Shown piece by piece: positions 10,795 to 23,779 of a DNA stretch of 64,000 bases. The translations under genes were made by a program, and so were the position numbers. The notes below the pieces were generated by a model. The model was not told the origin of the DNA and did no database searches. It saw only the letters and a list, made by a program, of their open reading frames with translations. The stretch lies in the NCBI RefSeq assembly GCF_964204645.1, contig NC_134032.1, positions 4,240,175-4,304,174 of the forward strand, in the 5' to 3' direction. Positions within the stretch are counted from its first letter, which is position 1; each line of letters starts with the position of its first letter. Source of the stretch: Tubulanus polymorphus (Eukaryota > Animalia > Nemertea).

Positions 10795-13160
10795 TTTCCA
10801 CTTGTGTAATTATTGTGCAGATTTGAATTTCAATGTTGTTTATTAATCATGACTCATGTGTAGGAGGTTATGGTATATCAGAGTTTCTTATTTGGATGGG
10901 TCTTGCAATTTCATAGTGTCATAGTGTCGTCAGTTGGTAATAAGTTAATGTCGTTTAATGCTGTCCACATGCGTAATTATTGTACAGATTTGAATGTCGA
11001 TGTTGTTCATTCGTCATGACTCATATTTGTAGGAGCTTATAGTTTGTTATGTAACTGGAGTGGTGTGTGGATGTATAGGTGGTTTTTATTTTATAAGCGT
11101 ACGTTATGTGGAATGTCCTATGTGGATATAGGGTCAGGGGGTGTTATTAGTGGGGGTGATGTGTTTGTAGTGAATATTTCGATTATCAGTGTTTCCTATT
11201 TGAATGGGTCTTGTAATTTCATAGTGCGATAATGTCTTAGTTAGTAATAGGTTTATGTAGTTAATTCTGTCCACTTGCATAATTATTGTACACATTTCAA
11301 TTTCGATGTTGTATATGTAGGAGGTTATGGTATGTGCTGTTATTGGCGTGTGGTGTGTATGTTTAAGTGGGTTATAATATTTCGTTATGCGAAGTCTCCT
11401 ATGTCAATATATGTAGGAGAATCAGGCGTGTTATTTAAGGGGGGCGGTTGTGTATGTAGTGAATGTTTTGATTAGCAGATTCTCCTATGCAGATATATAT
11501 AGTAGGGTCAGGTGGATATGTTTGTAGGGGTGTTGTGTATTTGGTGTGAATGTTTCAATTAACACAGTCATAATGTCATAGTGTAGTGTGTTAGTGTGTT
11601 GGTAATACGTTTGCATAATTATTGTGCATATTGAATTTTGATGTTGTTTATTTATAATGACTGAGATGTGTAGGATGTTATGGTTTGTGCTGTTATTGGC
11701 GTGTTGTGTGTATGATTAAGTGGGTTATAATATTTCGGTCTGCAAAGTCTCCTATGTGGATATATGTAGGAGGATCAGGCATGATATTTAAGGGGTGTTG
11801 TGTATGTAGTAAATGTTTATATTAGCAGAGTCTCCTATGCAGATATATGTAAGAATGCAAATGTAGTGAATGTGTCGATAATCAAAGTTTCCTATTTGAA
11901 TGAGTTTTTTAATTTCATACTGTCATAGTGTCGTAAGTTGGTAATAGGTTAATGTGGCTTAACTCTGTCCACTTGCATAATTATTGTACAGATTTAAATT
12001 TCGATGTTGTTTATTTATCATGACTCATGTGTAGGAAGTTTCGATAATCACTGTTTCCCATTTGGATTGGTCTTGTAATTTCATAGTGTGATAATGTCGT
12101 GAGTTGGTAATAGGATTATCTTGTTTAATTGTGTCCACTTGCATAATTATTGTGCAGATTTGAATTTCGTTGTTGTTTATTTATCAGGACTCATAACTGT
12201 AGGAGTTTATGGTATGTTATGTAACTTGGGATGAATATGTGGGTTATAATAGTTCGTTATGTGGAGCGTCCTAGCAGATATATGTCGGAGGGTCAAGTGG
12301 ATTTGTTTATAGGGAGTTGTGTTTGTAGTGCGAAAGTAGTGAATGTTTCCATTATCAGATTCCTATATGGATGAGTTTTGTAATTTCATACTGTCATAGT
12401 GTCGTAAGTTAGAAATAGGTTAATGTCATTTAATTGTGTCCACTTGCATAATTACTGTAAAAATTTGGATATCGATGTTGTTTATTTATCAGGACTCTAC
12501 GTAGGAGGTTATGGTATGTCCTGTTATTGGCGTGTTGTATGTATGATTAAGTGGGTTATAATATTTCGTTCTGTGAACCTCCTATGTTGATATATGTAGG
12601 AGGGTCAGGCAGATTTAGATCTTAGGAAGAGAGTTCAAGTATCCGAATAACCATAGAAGCGATAACATTAATAACCTCATTTTCTAATGAGTAAATACAG
12701 TTTATAAACTGTATTTACTCATTAGAAAATGAGGTTTTTAATGTTATCGCTTTTATGGTTATTCAGGCAGATTTGTTTATAGGGGAGTTGTGTGCTGGTG
12801 CAAATGTAGTAAATGTTTCGATTATCAGAGTCTCCTATTTGGATGGGTTTTGTAATGTTATAATATGATAATGTCACAAGTTGGTAATAGGTTTATGTTG
12901 TTTAATTCTGTCCACTTGTACACATTTGAATTTCGATGTTGTTTGCTTATCATGACACATGTGTAGGAGGTTATGGTACTGGGTTGTGTAAATGTGTATG
13001 GGAGGTTATAATATTTCGTTCTGTAGAGTCTCCTCTGCGAATATATGTCAGAGGGTGACGCGTATTAATGAAGCAGGGTGTTGTGTAGTGGTGTGTATGT
13101 AGTGTATGTTTTGATTTCGATATGTGGAAACATCTATGTGGATGTATATAGGAGGGTCAG
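10795..13160. repeat. Diverged composite tandem repeat array
   Basis: Core gtccacttgcataattattgt.cagatttgaatttcgatgttgttt recurs at about 10797, 10963, 11269, 11611, 11967, 12133, 12438 and 12910, with variable linkers. Confidence 0.85.
12617..12762. repeat. Palindromic insertion flanked by a 12-bp direct repeat
   Basis: 120-bp near-perfect palindrome 12645-12764 centred on tttataaa; tcaggcagattt at 12605-12616 and 12763-12774. Confidence 0.85.
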
Positions 13161-13957
13161 GTGTGTTACAAAGTGGGGTTTTGTATATACAGGCATGTGT
13201 AGTTATGATTTTAATTTTATGTGACCTTTATGTGAATTCATTTATGAGTGACAGGGTTTATATTTGCGTGTTTTTGAAGATTGTGTGACAATAGTAAATG
13301 GGTAAATTGATGTACCTAGTTTCTAGGGAATGAAACAGTGTGTATTTGGAATTGATATGTTGTTAAGTAACAGTGGTATAAGCTGGGGAAAGTATGTAGA
13401 TAGTTGTAATGGGGCATGAATGATATTTGACATTGTGATTGATATGTAGCAATGTAACAGTAAGATATGGTGGTGGATGTATATATCTAGCTGTCATGGG
13501 GATGAAGCAGTCACTGTGTGGAATGGATGTGTTGGAATGTAACAGCTATGTACAGTGTACAAAATGAGTATTATTTCATGCTGGGGGATATTGATGCGTT
13601 GTTGCCATAGGTTTTGATGTGATAACACTGTACATATATTACCACCATTAATATTACTAAACACATATGTACAGTCTTATGAATGATTATGTATGGAACT
13701 GTATGAAGGATTGTATTGAATATATAGGAAATGGTAATTGATCATGTAGCAATCATTTGTGGCGATGTATGTATTTTGTATTGTGCAGTGAGATAGTATT
13801 CAGAAATGTTTGTAATCAATGTTGTGGGATGAAATATAAATAAAAGGTGGATGGTATGATGATATGTGTTGTGTATAATTATTGTTTCCAAATTTGGTGC
13901 TTATCCCCATATGCTTGGCCAAGTTCTGATGTCATTTACTACATTGTCCCTGGCAAG

Positions 13958-14140
13958 GATTTGAGCTTGATGGCATGGCGACTGCCACAGTACAATGGGG
14001 TTCCTGCAGTGCTGCTGTGGCAATTGAGGATTCCACTCATAGCTAGTGACAATCCGCCAGGTTGCTAGTAAGTAGTTCGTCATTCGCCAGTGCGACATAT
14101 GAAAGTTAGGCAGAAACCCGTTATCGCTGCTATGCAGCTA
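13958..14140. repeat. SINE-like interspersed repeat
   Basis: Segments recur inverted at ~24680-24710 (ctactagcgatcctggcggattatca) and ~5390-5415 (gcagcgataaccgggtttt). Confidence 0.4.
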
Positions 14141-14143
14141 TAT

Positions 14144-14660
14144 TTATTCCTTGGAATCTCTCGCATTGCTTAACATAGAGTTATAGTGAAGCCTTTTAGC
14201 CTTTTTGATACATGTATTAAAAAAGTTTCTATATCTATTGTAGATATTTCTATCAGTTTGAAATTTACTAGACAGGTATCTTCTATAAAGAGAATCCTTC
14301 TTTTTTAAAGACATCAATAAACCATTAGAAAACCATTCGTGTTTCTTGTCCCTATATATCGAAAACTTTCTTTGATTATAAGGAAACATTCCGTGTAATA
14401 TTTGTAGAATACAATATAAAAAGAGTAATAGGCCACATTAGCATCATGAATATTAAACACATGAGTCCAATCATGTGCAATGAGCTTTCGTTTAAATCGA
14501 GCGATATCATGATCTGACATTTTTCGATAACTAACCGTCCTAGTTGATGTAAAATTGCAAATTGTGTTAATTGGATTTCTATGAATAAACTTTCGAATGT
14601 GTCATTGACACATGTAAAATCATCCAGTACCCTAAATCTAATGGTGCTGCTGTACAAACT
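14144..14660 (-). mobile_element. Degraded LINE ORF2 fragment (CR1/L2-like, endonuclease-RT linker)
   Basis: Frameshifted pieces FESLFIEI, FKRKLIAHDWTHVF...ANVAYYSF, HEWFSNGLLMSLKKKDSLYRRY...YNRYRNFFNTCIKKAKRLHY. Confidence 0.8.
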
Positions 14661-15441
14661 TCTCTAAATCGGGCCCTTCGAGACCAATCCTTTTCCCGCA
14701 TCAAAATAATCGGTAACACCAGACATCCTAGTTGAATTTGTCTTGTCTTCACAAGAAAACTCACAACACCGTAACAGACTTAAAACAAGAGGCTAACTAA
14801 TAATTATTCAACGATACTGGTTGTTCCTTACCCGACTCCACGACGTTATACGTACGTAACGAAACAAACATACCTTCAAAACAAACGACCGGTATACCGG
14901 TATACGTACGTTACTATTATAGTCTATACTAACTGAATAAACTTCATCCTACGAGAGTGTTTACCAACTAAGGTATACTTGGAGTAAACAGTTGTAAAAT
15001 ATGTATTATTTCCGACGTTAGCTATGCTACAAGTTAGACTGGATAGGATTTGCAATTGACAATCCCATCGCTGCCACCAAAATGTCATAGAATTGCTAAT
15101 CCTCCCTCAGTCTCCTGCAACACCACCACGACAGGAAATAATACAAACGAAATTAAACTTTATAATTGGTATATATATTTCTAATTTTGTAATTCATTTC
15201 ACCGTATGATTTCAAAATCGGTTCCGTGGTGATCTGAGATCCTCTCACACACTCGTTCCCATAGCTAGCCACTTGCACAACAACACACACTCTCGTGTGC
15301 ACGCCGGGCCTCAATGGGCCCGTCTGACCTTACACACCGGTATATGTGCATTCGACCCAACCTGGATTAATCTCCAATCACAATACCAACAATTAAGGGA
15401 TTGCCGGGTTTACACTATTCAAAAGCCAGTATTTCATGACA

Positions 15442-15684
15442 GTCACTACATACTGGGATTGGATGGCATTGTTTTAGTGTTATTCGCCACTGTAGGACAC
15501 ATCCTCAGTATCGTCGTTCTAAAAGAACAGCACCGCGTGGCTGCAAAAATGTAATCTACGATTCTAACTTTATTATGTCTGGTGATTATGGACACGATCA
15601 CACTCGATCACGGTCTTCTCCGTCTAGTTATTCGCTATACAGCTGTTGGTGCAAGTCGTGGCAAGTCCGGATTCGATATTCGTA
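15442..15684 (+). pseudogene. Truncated duplicate of the 5' part (TM1-TM2) of the downstream GPCR
   Basis: High identity to 16149-16391 (cactacatactgggattgg...gacacgatcacactcgatcacggtctt), with a frameshift and a stop. Confidence 0.85.
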
Positions 15685-16111
15685 GAAATCTACTGCCAGC
15701 TTCTGGAATCTACTGGGATTTTAGGGATTCGAATTCGGGTGGAATTAGACCATGGATCCAAATGCAATTTCCACGAAAATCTATTCCTCTGTGTGCATGC
15801 CAAGTTTCATAATCAAACAATGAATAGGTTTTGCGCAAACTGGTTATGAAAAACTAGTTTACCCTTTTTAGTATAGATTTTAAATTGACAATATTGGTGT
15901 TGGTTTTCACGTTAAATATTCCTCAGATATCATTCCTACTTACATTAGAACATGTTACATATACACCCATTAGTTTTAACACTTTTCTCGAGTGAGATTT
16001 CATTTATGCATATTGCACTTTTACACAGTTAATATCGCCGGCAATAAATGCATTTCATCGAATTTCAACACATAACTGATATATTCACAACGAACTGCGC
16101 CGAATATTATA

Positions 16112-17092
16112 ATGAACGGTAGCGAAGTAACGAGAACGAATCGAGTAGGTCACTACATACTGGGATTGGGTGGCATTGTTTTAGTGATATTCGGCACTGT
16201 AGGCAACATCCTCAGTATTGTCGTTCTAAAAAGAACGGCGCCGCGTGGCAGCAAAATGTCATCTACGATTCTAATGTTATGTTGTCTGGCGATTATCGAC
16301 ACGATCACACTCGATCACGGTCTTCTTCGTCTAGTTATTCACTATAACGCTTTACTTGCACATCCTGGAACATCAGGATTCGATATTCGTAAACATCTAG
16401 GTGCTACTGTTAGCGCGTTCACGTGTCCCATCTCCGCGTTTCTGGCCATATTTTCGTTGCACGCGGGCTCTTTGTTAATCGTCATCTTGACGCTTGAAAG
16501 ATTTTGTTGTGTCACGTTTCCGTTGAAGGCTTCGACGGTAGCAACTCGCCGAAATTCCGCATTAGGGATGTTGTCCGTTGTGATAGCCACGACCTTTATC
16601 GACGGCCATATTCTGTTTGGTGTCCGGTATATGAAACGCCCCCCGCTACTCGGCTATCACTGCCAAACAGTCTCCGATTCATATAAATATTTCTACATCA
16701 ATGTATTCGTTTGGATGGACTTAATGTTCGGCGCTCTCTGCCCCTTCTTAATTATCACGAGTATGAACGCCGCCATCATCCGACGACTCATATCAGCCTC
16801 GTCACAACGACAGACGATTTCCAAATCAGAAACATCTTCGAAAGCAGAAAATAACACGACCAAAACGTTACTAGCAATTAGCATCGTATTCATCGTTACG
16901 ACGATGCCTGATAAGGCTTTACGTGTTTACAGTGATCGAAACAACGGGGCATTTTATGGCGGATTCGTTGAGGTTTTGGGGCCGCTCTTGCGGCTACTGG
17001 AGTACACGAACAGTGCTATCAATTTCGTTCTGTACATGCTGTGCGGTTCGAGATTTAGACGGGAATTTGCAAAAATGTTCGAACAGAAATGA
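16112..17092 (+). CDS. Class A (rhodopsin-like) GPCR, FMRFamide/peptide-receptor-like, single exon
   Basis: 326 aa with seven hydrophobic segments; GN in TM1, LA..D in TM2, ERF..V.FPLK after TM3, NSAINFVLY...G..FR in TM7/helix 8. Confidence 0.9.
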   Translation: MNGSEVTRTNRVGHYILGLGGIVLVIFGTVGNILSIVVLKRTAPRGSKMSSTILMLCCLAIIDTITLDHGLLRLVIHYNALLAHPGTSGFDIRKHLGATVSAFTCPISAFLAIFSLHAGSLLIVILTLERFCCVTFPLKASTVATRRNSALGMLSVVIATTFIDGHILFGVRYMKRPPLLGYHCQTVSDSYKYFYINVFVWMDLMFGALCPFLIITSMNAAIIRRLISASSQRQTISKSETSSKAENNTTKTLLAISIVFIVTTMPDKALRVYSDRNNGAFYGGFVEVLGPLLRLLEYTNSAINFVLYMLCGSRFRREFAKMFEQK

Positions 17093-18081
17093 CCACTATT
17101 TGTAACGCCCGAATCAGAAATTTAACGTTGAAAATAAATGGTCACAGCCAGACGAGACAAACGTAAATCCTTTACAATATGATTTTCTCCTTCTAGATTT
17201 TGACACATGAAACGACAATATTAGACAGTAATGGACTCTTTGTCCTATCCTTCTTCAAAATTAAATTTCCGAATAGAAATTCCATATTTCGAGACACGTG
17301 CATAGACTCAAACATCCCACGTTTTCTAGGACAAAGTTCTAGGATAAAATGAATGAATCAGATAGAGATATAAATCAATGAAAAGTTCTCAATCAAAAGC
17401 TAAATAATCTTTTTGTTAAGCGATTTTCAGCATTTTTCCAGCTATATTAGGTACACACAATAGATATTATACATTGTACGTCAATTAAAGGTATCATCCG
17501 TATCATGTCGTTTTCACCACTTGTAGTTTACTTCTCTATGTCAAAGCTGTTTCAATTTAAATGAACAGCGGCCCAATTTCACAACACATGAAGTCGCACT
17601 ACCGAATGAAGGAGACATAAATAACGAGAGAGATTATAAACCCAGGGCAATATACACAATTTGTTACGTGAAAGGGATACACTGAATAATCAGGAATTCC
17701 TCAGCAAATAATAATAAGATAATGAACTAATAATCAAATTTTGAAATAAAAACCAAATACCCAATAATAATAATTTATGTAATAACTTCAAAAAAGATGA
17801 AAATAATACGATAGTAAGTCAAATCCATTCAATGTGACCGCAAAATGTTGTTTCAAAAAGCCTTCTCTAATATCAATATCTTCTCTTCTCTGAGTGTTAC
17901 TAATACATAATTTTAATTTCATAGTGTTAGTACGGCTAAGGAAAAATTCAGTTTTTTGAAAAACTTAACATTCGGAGACTCGCTATGAACTAATTCATCG
18001 ATTTTGTAAAAGTTATACATAGAAACTTTATGTCATATCCTAATGTCGGATTTCGTGGACAATCTTGTAAACTTTGGCAAT

Positions 18082-18985
18082 CGGCGGTGTTGTCATAACA
18101 CGGAACAACAGAATCGCGGAATTAAAAAAACAGGGAATTTCTTCATTTTCGCTATAAAGAGTACCGTGTTTTCCCGTGGGGATACCCATTGTCGGACAAG
18201 GCACCGGACCGATCGATGCACTGTTAGGTTCGAATCCCATTATTTGCAGGCTATTTTATCGGAAATAAGTTGACCCGTTGACTGGCTGTCTGCTGCTACC
18301 CGCAGCAGCAGACCGAATCAAATAGGAGAAAGGGACAACCTAGACAAACATCGGTTATCGAGGTTAGTCGACTTTTTGCAAACTTCAGAACGAATATTGT
18401 CAGTCGAATTTGAGCACGTTCGCGGTAGGTCGGGCCGTATTTCTACGTGGTTGCAAACATGAGATTCTAAGACCAAACAAGTACCGATTTAGTACCAATA
18501 AGATACTTATTATTTGATCCAAATATTCAGTTCGTAGGACCAAATATGAAATAGCAGTCATTAAGAAAACATCTTAAAAAACGAAACCATTTTATAATTT
18601 CTAATATCATTTAGTTTCCATAAACGTTCCCAGATTCACTACTTTTGCTTATAACAATGTAGAAACACAACACGCATGAATAATCCTAAAACCAGAATGA
18701 AATATACATAACGTCTATTTATTCATTTACCAACATTTCATTTGATTCCTTCAGTATAGTACAATACGGCGATACTCTGCATCACAGATTAAGTAGTTGA
18801 CTGGCGATATAATGAATCATCACAAAGGCCTACTGGTACCCGTTTATGAAAACATGTGTCCGATGCCTTGTCCGACAGTGGGTAACCCCACGGGAAAACC
18901 CGATTACTATTTATAGTGAAAATGAAGAAATTCTGTGTTTTTGAAAGATCCCGCGATTCCGTCGTTCCGTGAAATGATAACACCG
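18082..18985. repeat. Pair of inverted ~128-bp repeats
   Basis: 18082-18209 (...ttttcccgtggggatacccattgtcggacaaggcaccggac) is the approximate reverse complement of 18858-18985. Confidence 0.8.
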
Positions 18986-20309
18986 GGCAATCGGTATGGT
19001 TTCCAGGGGGTGGCGAGATACGAAGCATGCACCGAAGATTGCTCGAATGAATGCAGGCCGAGTAGATTGTGTCATATTTCAGGATCTTCCACACGTACTT
19101 CGCTGGTAGATTCCCGTTACACCATTACACGAAGCACACTGCATTCGAAATTGAATTCTAAATCTAGGTGGTCCATATATTTTCCACGGATGTTATACAC
19201 CTGTGTGCCAGAATATCGGCATCCAAAACAATTGCCAAGGTATTTCAACATCTATTCACCAGTAATACTGCACAAGGCAGACATGTTTATTAGTGTGACA
19301 CAGTCCAATCTTGCCTATCAAAATCTTTATTTATATTACATTAAAGTGTCGATAGTAGTACATATAAATGATTGTGACATTAGATGATGGCAGTGTGCAC
19401 TTGTAGGGTTGTATTTCGAATAATTTACATCATTATCATTGTTAGGAAGATAGATGCAGCGATTACTAAATCTTTCGAACCATCTCCTCGTTTACAGGTT
19501 AAAACATCGGTCTTTCCGGTTCTGAGATGAATATGAAAATGTTAGCTAATGTTCGATGTAATGATTTTTCTTTTTGCGTATATTTACAATTATCTGTTCT
19601 TCGAGGTCCTGTATTTCAAATTTGATACCGGATAGACACCAGTTTGTGTTTATCGCATAAGATATCGCATTCGCAGCGTTGCTGTGAAGTAAGGTCCGTA
19701 CTGTGCGATCAGTGATGATACCGGGATGGAAAATGTCTGTTGTGTTTATATAACCTTTTAAATTTTGCTGTAGATGTGCATGCCCTGATTAGCTCGTTCA
19801 CCGTTGAAAAACCTTTGAATGTCGTCGACAGTAACAACAGCTGGCTGTTGGCTTTCTTTTCTACTGTGTGGATTTTGCAATGTGACTGCACAATGTATAA
19901 TTCCATTGCTTAATCAGAAAATTTATGTTATTTGCAGTTTAAGAAGGCATCCATTTTTTGCTTCATTACAGCCTACATCACAAAGTTAGCACGATCTACC
20001 AAGTGGTCTTTGTCAATGCTTGCTATGATTTTCTCCAGCAACGTGTGTAGTACTTTGTCACCCACGTTTTGCATAGTTTCGCTGGCGAGTTTTTGTCAAA
20101 GTTTTACCATAGGCCGCATCACCATTTCAATGTGACTTGCCCTTTTATCTGCAAATTATATCTCAATTATAGCTCAACATCTCTCTCCACGAGATATATA
20201 CGCAAATCGGTTTTCAATCCATCTATAGTTCAAATTCCATCTAAAGTACAAACAACACACATCATTCTACAACACTACTTAATAATTGGACAGAGAATAA
20301 CGATGATAA

Positions 20310-21258
20310 TCATTTCGACAAGTTTCTACAGGAAATAACTGCACCGAAATATTCACGAATTTCTCGTCCCAGTAAAAGATAAATGTAGAAATTAACGACA
20401 TAGTTACAAATTTGGATATGGGTGCAGATATCAAACAGTAATTGTTTTTGGTCCACAGGCATTGTTTGGAATGCTGTAATAGAGGTCGGAAGAGTGAATA
20501 TTGCTAATGCGAGTGAAACTGTTACAAGCATAATTGTTGTACGTTTTGCTTTTGTAGTTTTCTTGTCAGACGAAACCATTTTCGTACCTTTGAATAACTG
20601 AAATATGGTAACAGAATTTGATCACCGCTAAAGGCACAAAATAAACATGAACGACAAATGTGGTGAAAAGTTTGGCTTGGTTAGAAATTTCTAAGTAGCA
20701 TCCGGTAATTTTTTCCGAAAACTTTATTAATACGACTTGAAAAATACCCGCTACTAAAATATTCATGATGAATGATTACAATGACGCATCGGGCGAATCC
20801 AGGAGTACATATCAAACGAGATGTGAATGGGAAGAGCACAACTGCCGCACGTTCAATAGATATCGCTACTATAAACCATGAACTGCAGGCAATCAAAAAT
20901 GATATGACAAATTCATATATTTGACAGCTGATCAGTGAATTTATCAAGAGCGTAGCGTCCATAGCACTTATGTGAAGATGCCCGAAAACAAACTGTAAAA
21001 CAGGCATCAGACTTAAACTGACGACAACCACAAAATCACTGATTGACAAAACGATCAGATAGTTAGCGTAAGATAAACTGCGGAATCTGTGACTTATCAT
21101 TATCAGGAAAGTAGCCGAATTTCCAAAAACGCCTAACAGTAGAAAGATAGGCAGAATGACCAGTGACGCGGTAGGTAGATGCCAGACTTGTTCACGACAG
21201 ATAAGATAGCGATATAGCTGTTATAAGGTCTCGCAATCTGCAAGAGAGTAGAATTCAT
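20310..21258 (-). pseudogene. Frameshifted class A GPCR pseudogene
   Basis: GVFGNSATFLIM, LSISD, SIERAAVVLFPF and NYVVNFYIYLLLGREIR spread over several frames; candidate ATG at 21258. Confidence 0.8.
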
Positions 21259-23779
21259 TATTGATTGGATGCTTCGTTTAGATGCACGAATTGTCGTCTA
21301 TTCAAGTGAATTATAAGAAAGGCGCATCTATATATTGATACAATCTTTTGAATGAAAGCAGCCATTCAACAATTGTTCAGCCAGATTAAATTTACTCCCA
21401 ATTTGACGCATAAATCAAAAATAAATTCCCAGATATCGAACACAAAACACTTAGATTCGTGAAATGCTTATCGTTTGAAGCGACGAATTTAATGGTTCTA
21501 GATCAGGAAGTTGGAATTGCATCGAGCTTGACGGGAAAACTTCTGAAATACGAACAAAAAACCGAAGTGATTAACGACTTTTACCAATTCGTGAACATTT
21601 GATCGCAATCAATGCCAAAATTAAGATGGCGTTTACACTGACAAGCGTGAATGATACAAAACAGCTCCTGGGACCTTGACCTTCGACCTACAGGACCCGA
21701 AATGTAATCGGTTACTCGCAGTCTTTAGGATAACCCAATTAAAAAAATGTCACCAAATTATCTTAAACCATCCTTCCTAAGTGCGAGAATGAATGATTTT
21801 AGAGATTAGAGAAAATTTCAATTCTTGTGAAAATCGCAGTGAAACAATGCATCAATTGGCACGCAATTCACAAGTGGTAATCATTGACAACAGGCTACAG
21901 AGGAGCCATCGAACGACCTCGCAAAAGTAGAGAACTCAATAAGTAACGGAATAAGGAATAAGGAACACGTAACCAACTTTACTATGGTATAATAATAGTG
22001 AGATGAAGAGATACATAAAGATTGATGGTGATGTGATACTAGGACCCGGTCTGGAGACTGTGGATCCTTAGTAATCCACGGTCACAATATCTATATACAG
22101 TCATTGAGAGACGTTCATGTTTTACATTGTTTACTAGAAAACCCTGAAAACAGTTTGATTGATAGAAATATCAGCTCCCGGATGGAGGTTACTCTTTCAA
22201 ATGTTTAGATGTCGACACACGGGGACGCATGTTTATTTACTGTCACGAGACTCATAGATTGTTGTTTCTAACAGCTGAAGCGGAACTGATGGGATTTATC
22301 AATATAAAGGATTGTGTATATAAAGGATATAAAGGATCCGTGTGCTGGACGCTCGTGTGTTACTAGTGATGAACATGTATTACTATCGGCAAACTCTAAT
22401 ACTTATTACAGAGGAGCTGTTATTAGTATCAGATATAATGATCACGTGTATAGAACTGAACCCCACAGACAGTATGATATGCGAGATACATAAAATGTGT
22501 GACAGTAACACTGTAGTTATTCACTGGGATAACAGTAATAATCAGCACTCACTGAGACTCTACAATATAAACACTGTATTAACTCCCCCGATTTAGAATC
22601 GAAGTCTAAACCAGTTGTAGGGTTCCAGAACAGCGTGTATACAATGAAATGCTACTCGCAGTCAGCCGGTCAAATGCTGCCCGGCTGTGAAAGGGCACCT
22701 TTGTCACAGAAAAGTTTGAATCTTTAGGGCAATCTAAGTCACTTTGGGGCACCAAATCTATGCATCCACAAAACATGACATTTTGACATGTTAATGGAAA
22801 ATCATTCATAAAAATAAGAAGTTTACCCATTTTCGATTATTCAAATTGGCTATTCAAATTTACTTCTATAACAAGAACTTGAAAAATAGTAGGGCAATCG
22901 TGGGTACCGCGGTAGAAGCGGACTGGATCAGCCCCTGATTTGTCACCAACGCAGAAATCACGCACCTTGTATTTCTAAAAGATAGAGTTGTTTTGAAACA
23001 TAACCTTGACTTAAGAAAGGGAACACGATTGTCTACTTAACGCAGGTAGTTTGTTAGGTATGATGATAATTACCTGGCAGAATTGTCAACATTTTTGTAA
23101 ATAGGTCCCCGGCCCGTGAGGCCATTTAGAACATCTTATAAGGAACACGGCCTGTAATTATTACAAGTACGCGCCGTGCGTGCTCCAGTCCATAGTACAG
23201 TCAAGTTAAAGACTGTTTTTCTGTTACGAAACTCCCGGTTTTGCGACGATTTCTCAAAAACAGAAATAGGCCATGATATCCTCAAAGAACTCAACTATTA
23301 TGATTCATTAATAGAGAGGGGCCATAATACTATCAAGGAGAGTTTAAGCTCATTTAGGGTCTATAACCAATCTAACAACTTAGAACCAGTTTAAGCTCAT
23401 TTTGGTTCTATAAGGCATCTGACAACTAAAGACCAGTCTTAAGGTCTAATACTATTGTTCAACTTAAATCCTAACTTTTCTTTGAATTGGGTCTGGTTCT
23501 TCAGTTTCCAGAACTTCAAATGAATTTGTTTCTTCTTATATTTCAACCCCGTGAAAAGTTGTCTTAATTCGACTCATTAAAACATTGCAAATGAATTTTA
23601 GGCTAGAAAAAAATGATACTGGTTTTCTCTGTCTGCTGGGCTTAAAAGCTCTGCTGAGCTTTGACCCGGCCGGCCGCTGATCCTATGTGTCCATTTATTG
23701 CGGTTATAATTAGTCAAAGAATACGTCATATAACCGATGCGGATACCTACGGATAATTTTTTCAACTCGTCGTAATGTC

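Noticed and set aside
13958-14140. Self-cleaving ribozyme or tRNA in the SINE-like repeat
   Set aside because: Could not identify a hammerhead core, HDV pseudoknot or cloverleaf by eye; would need an Infernal or tRNAscan search.
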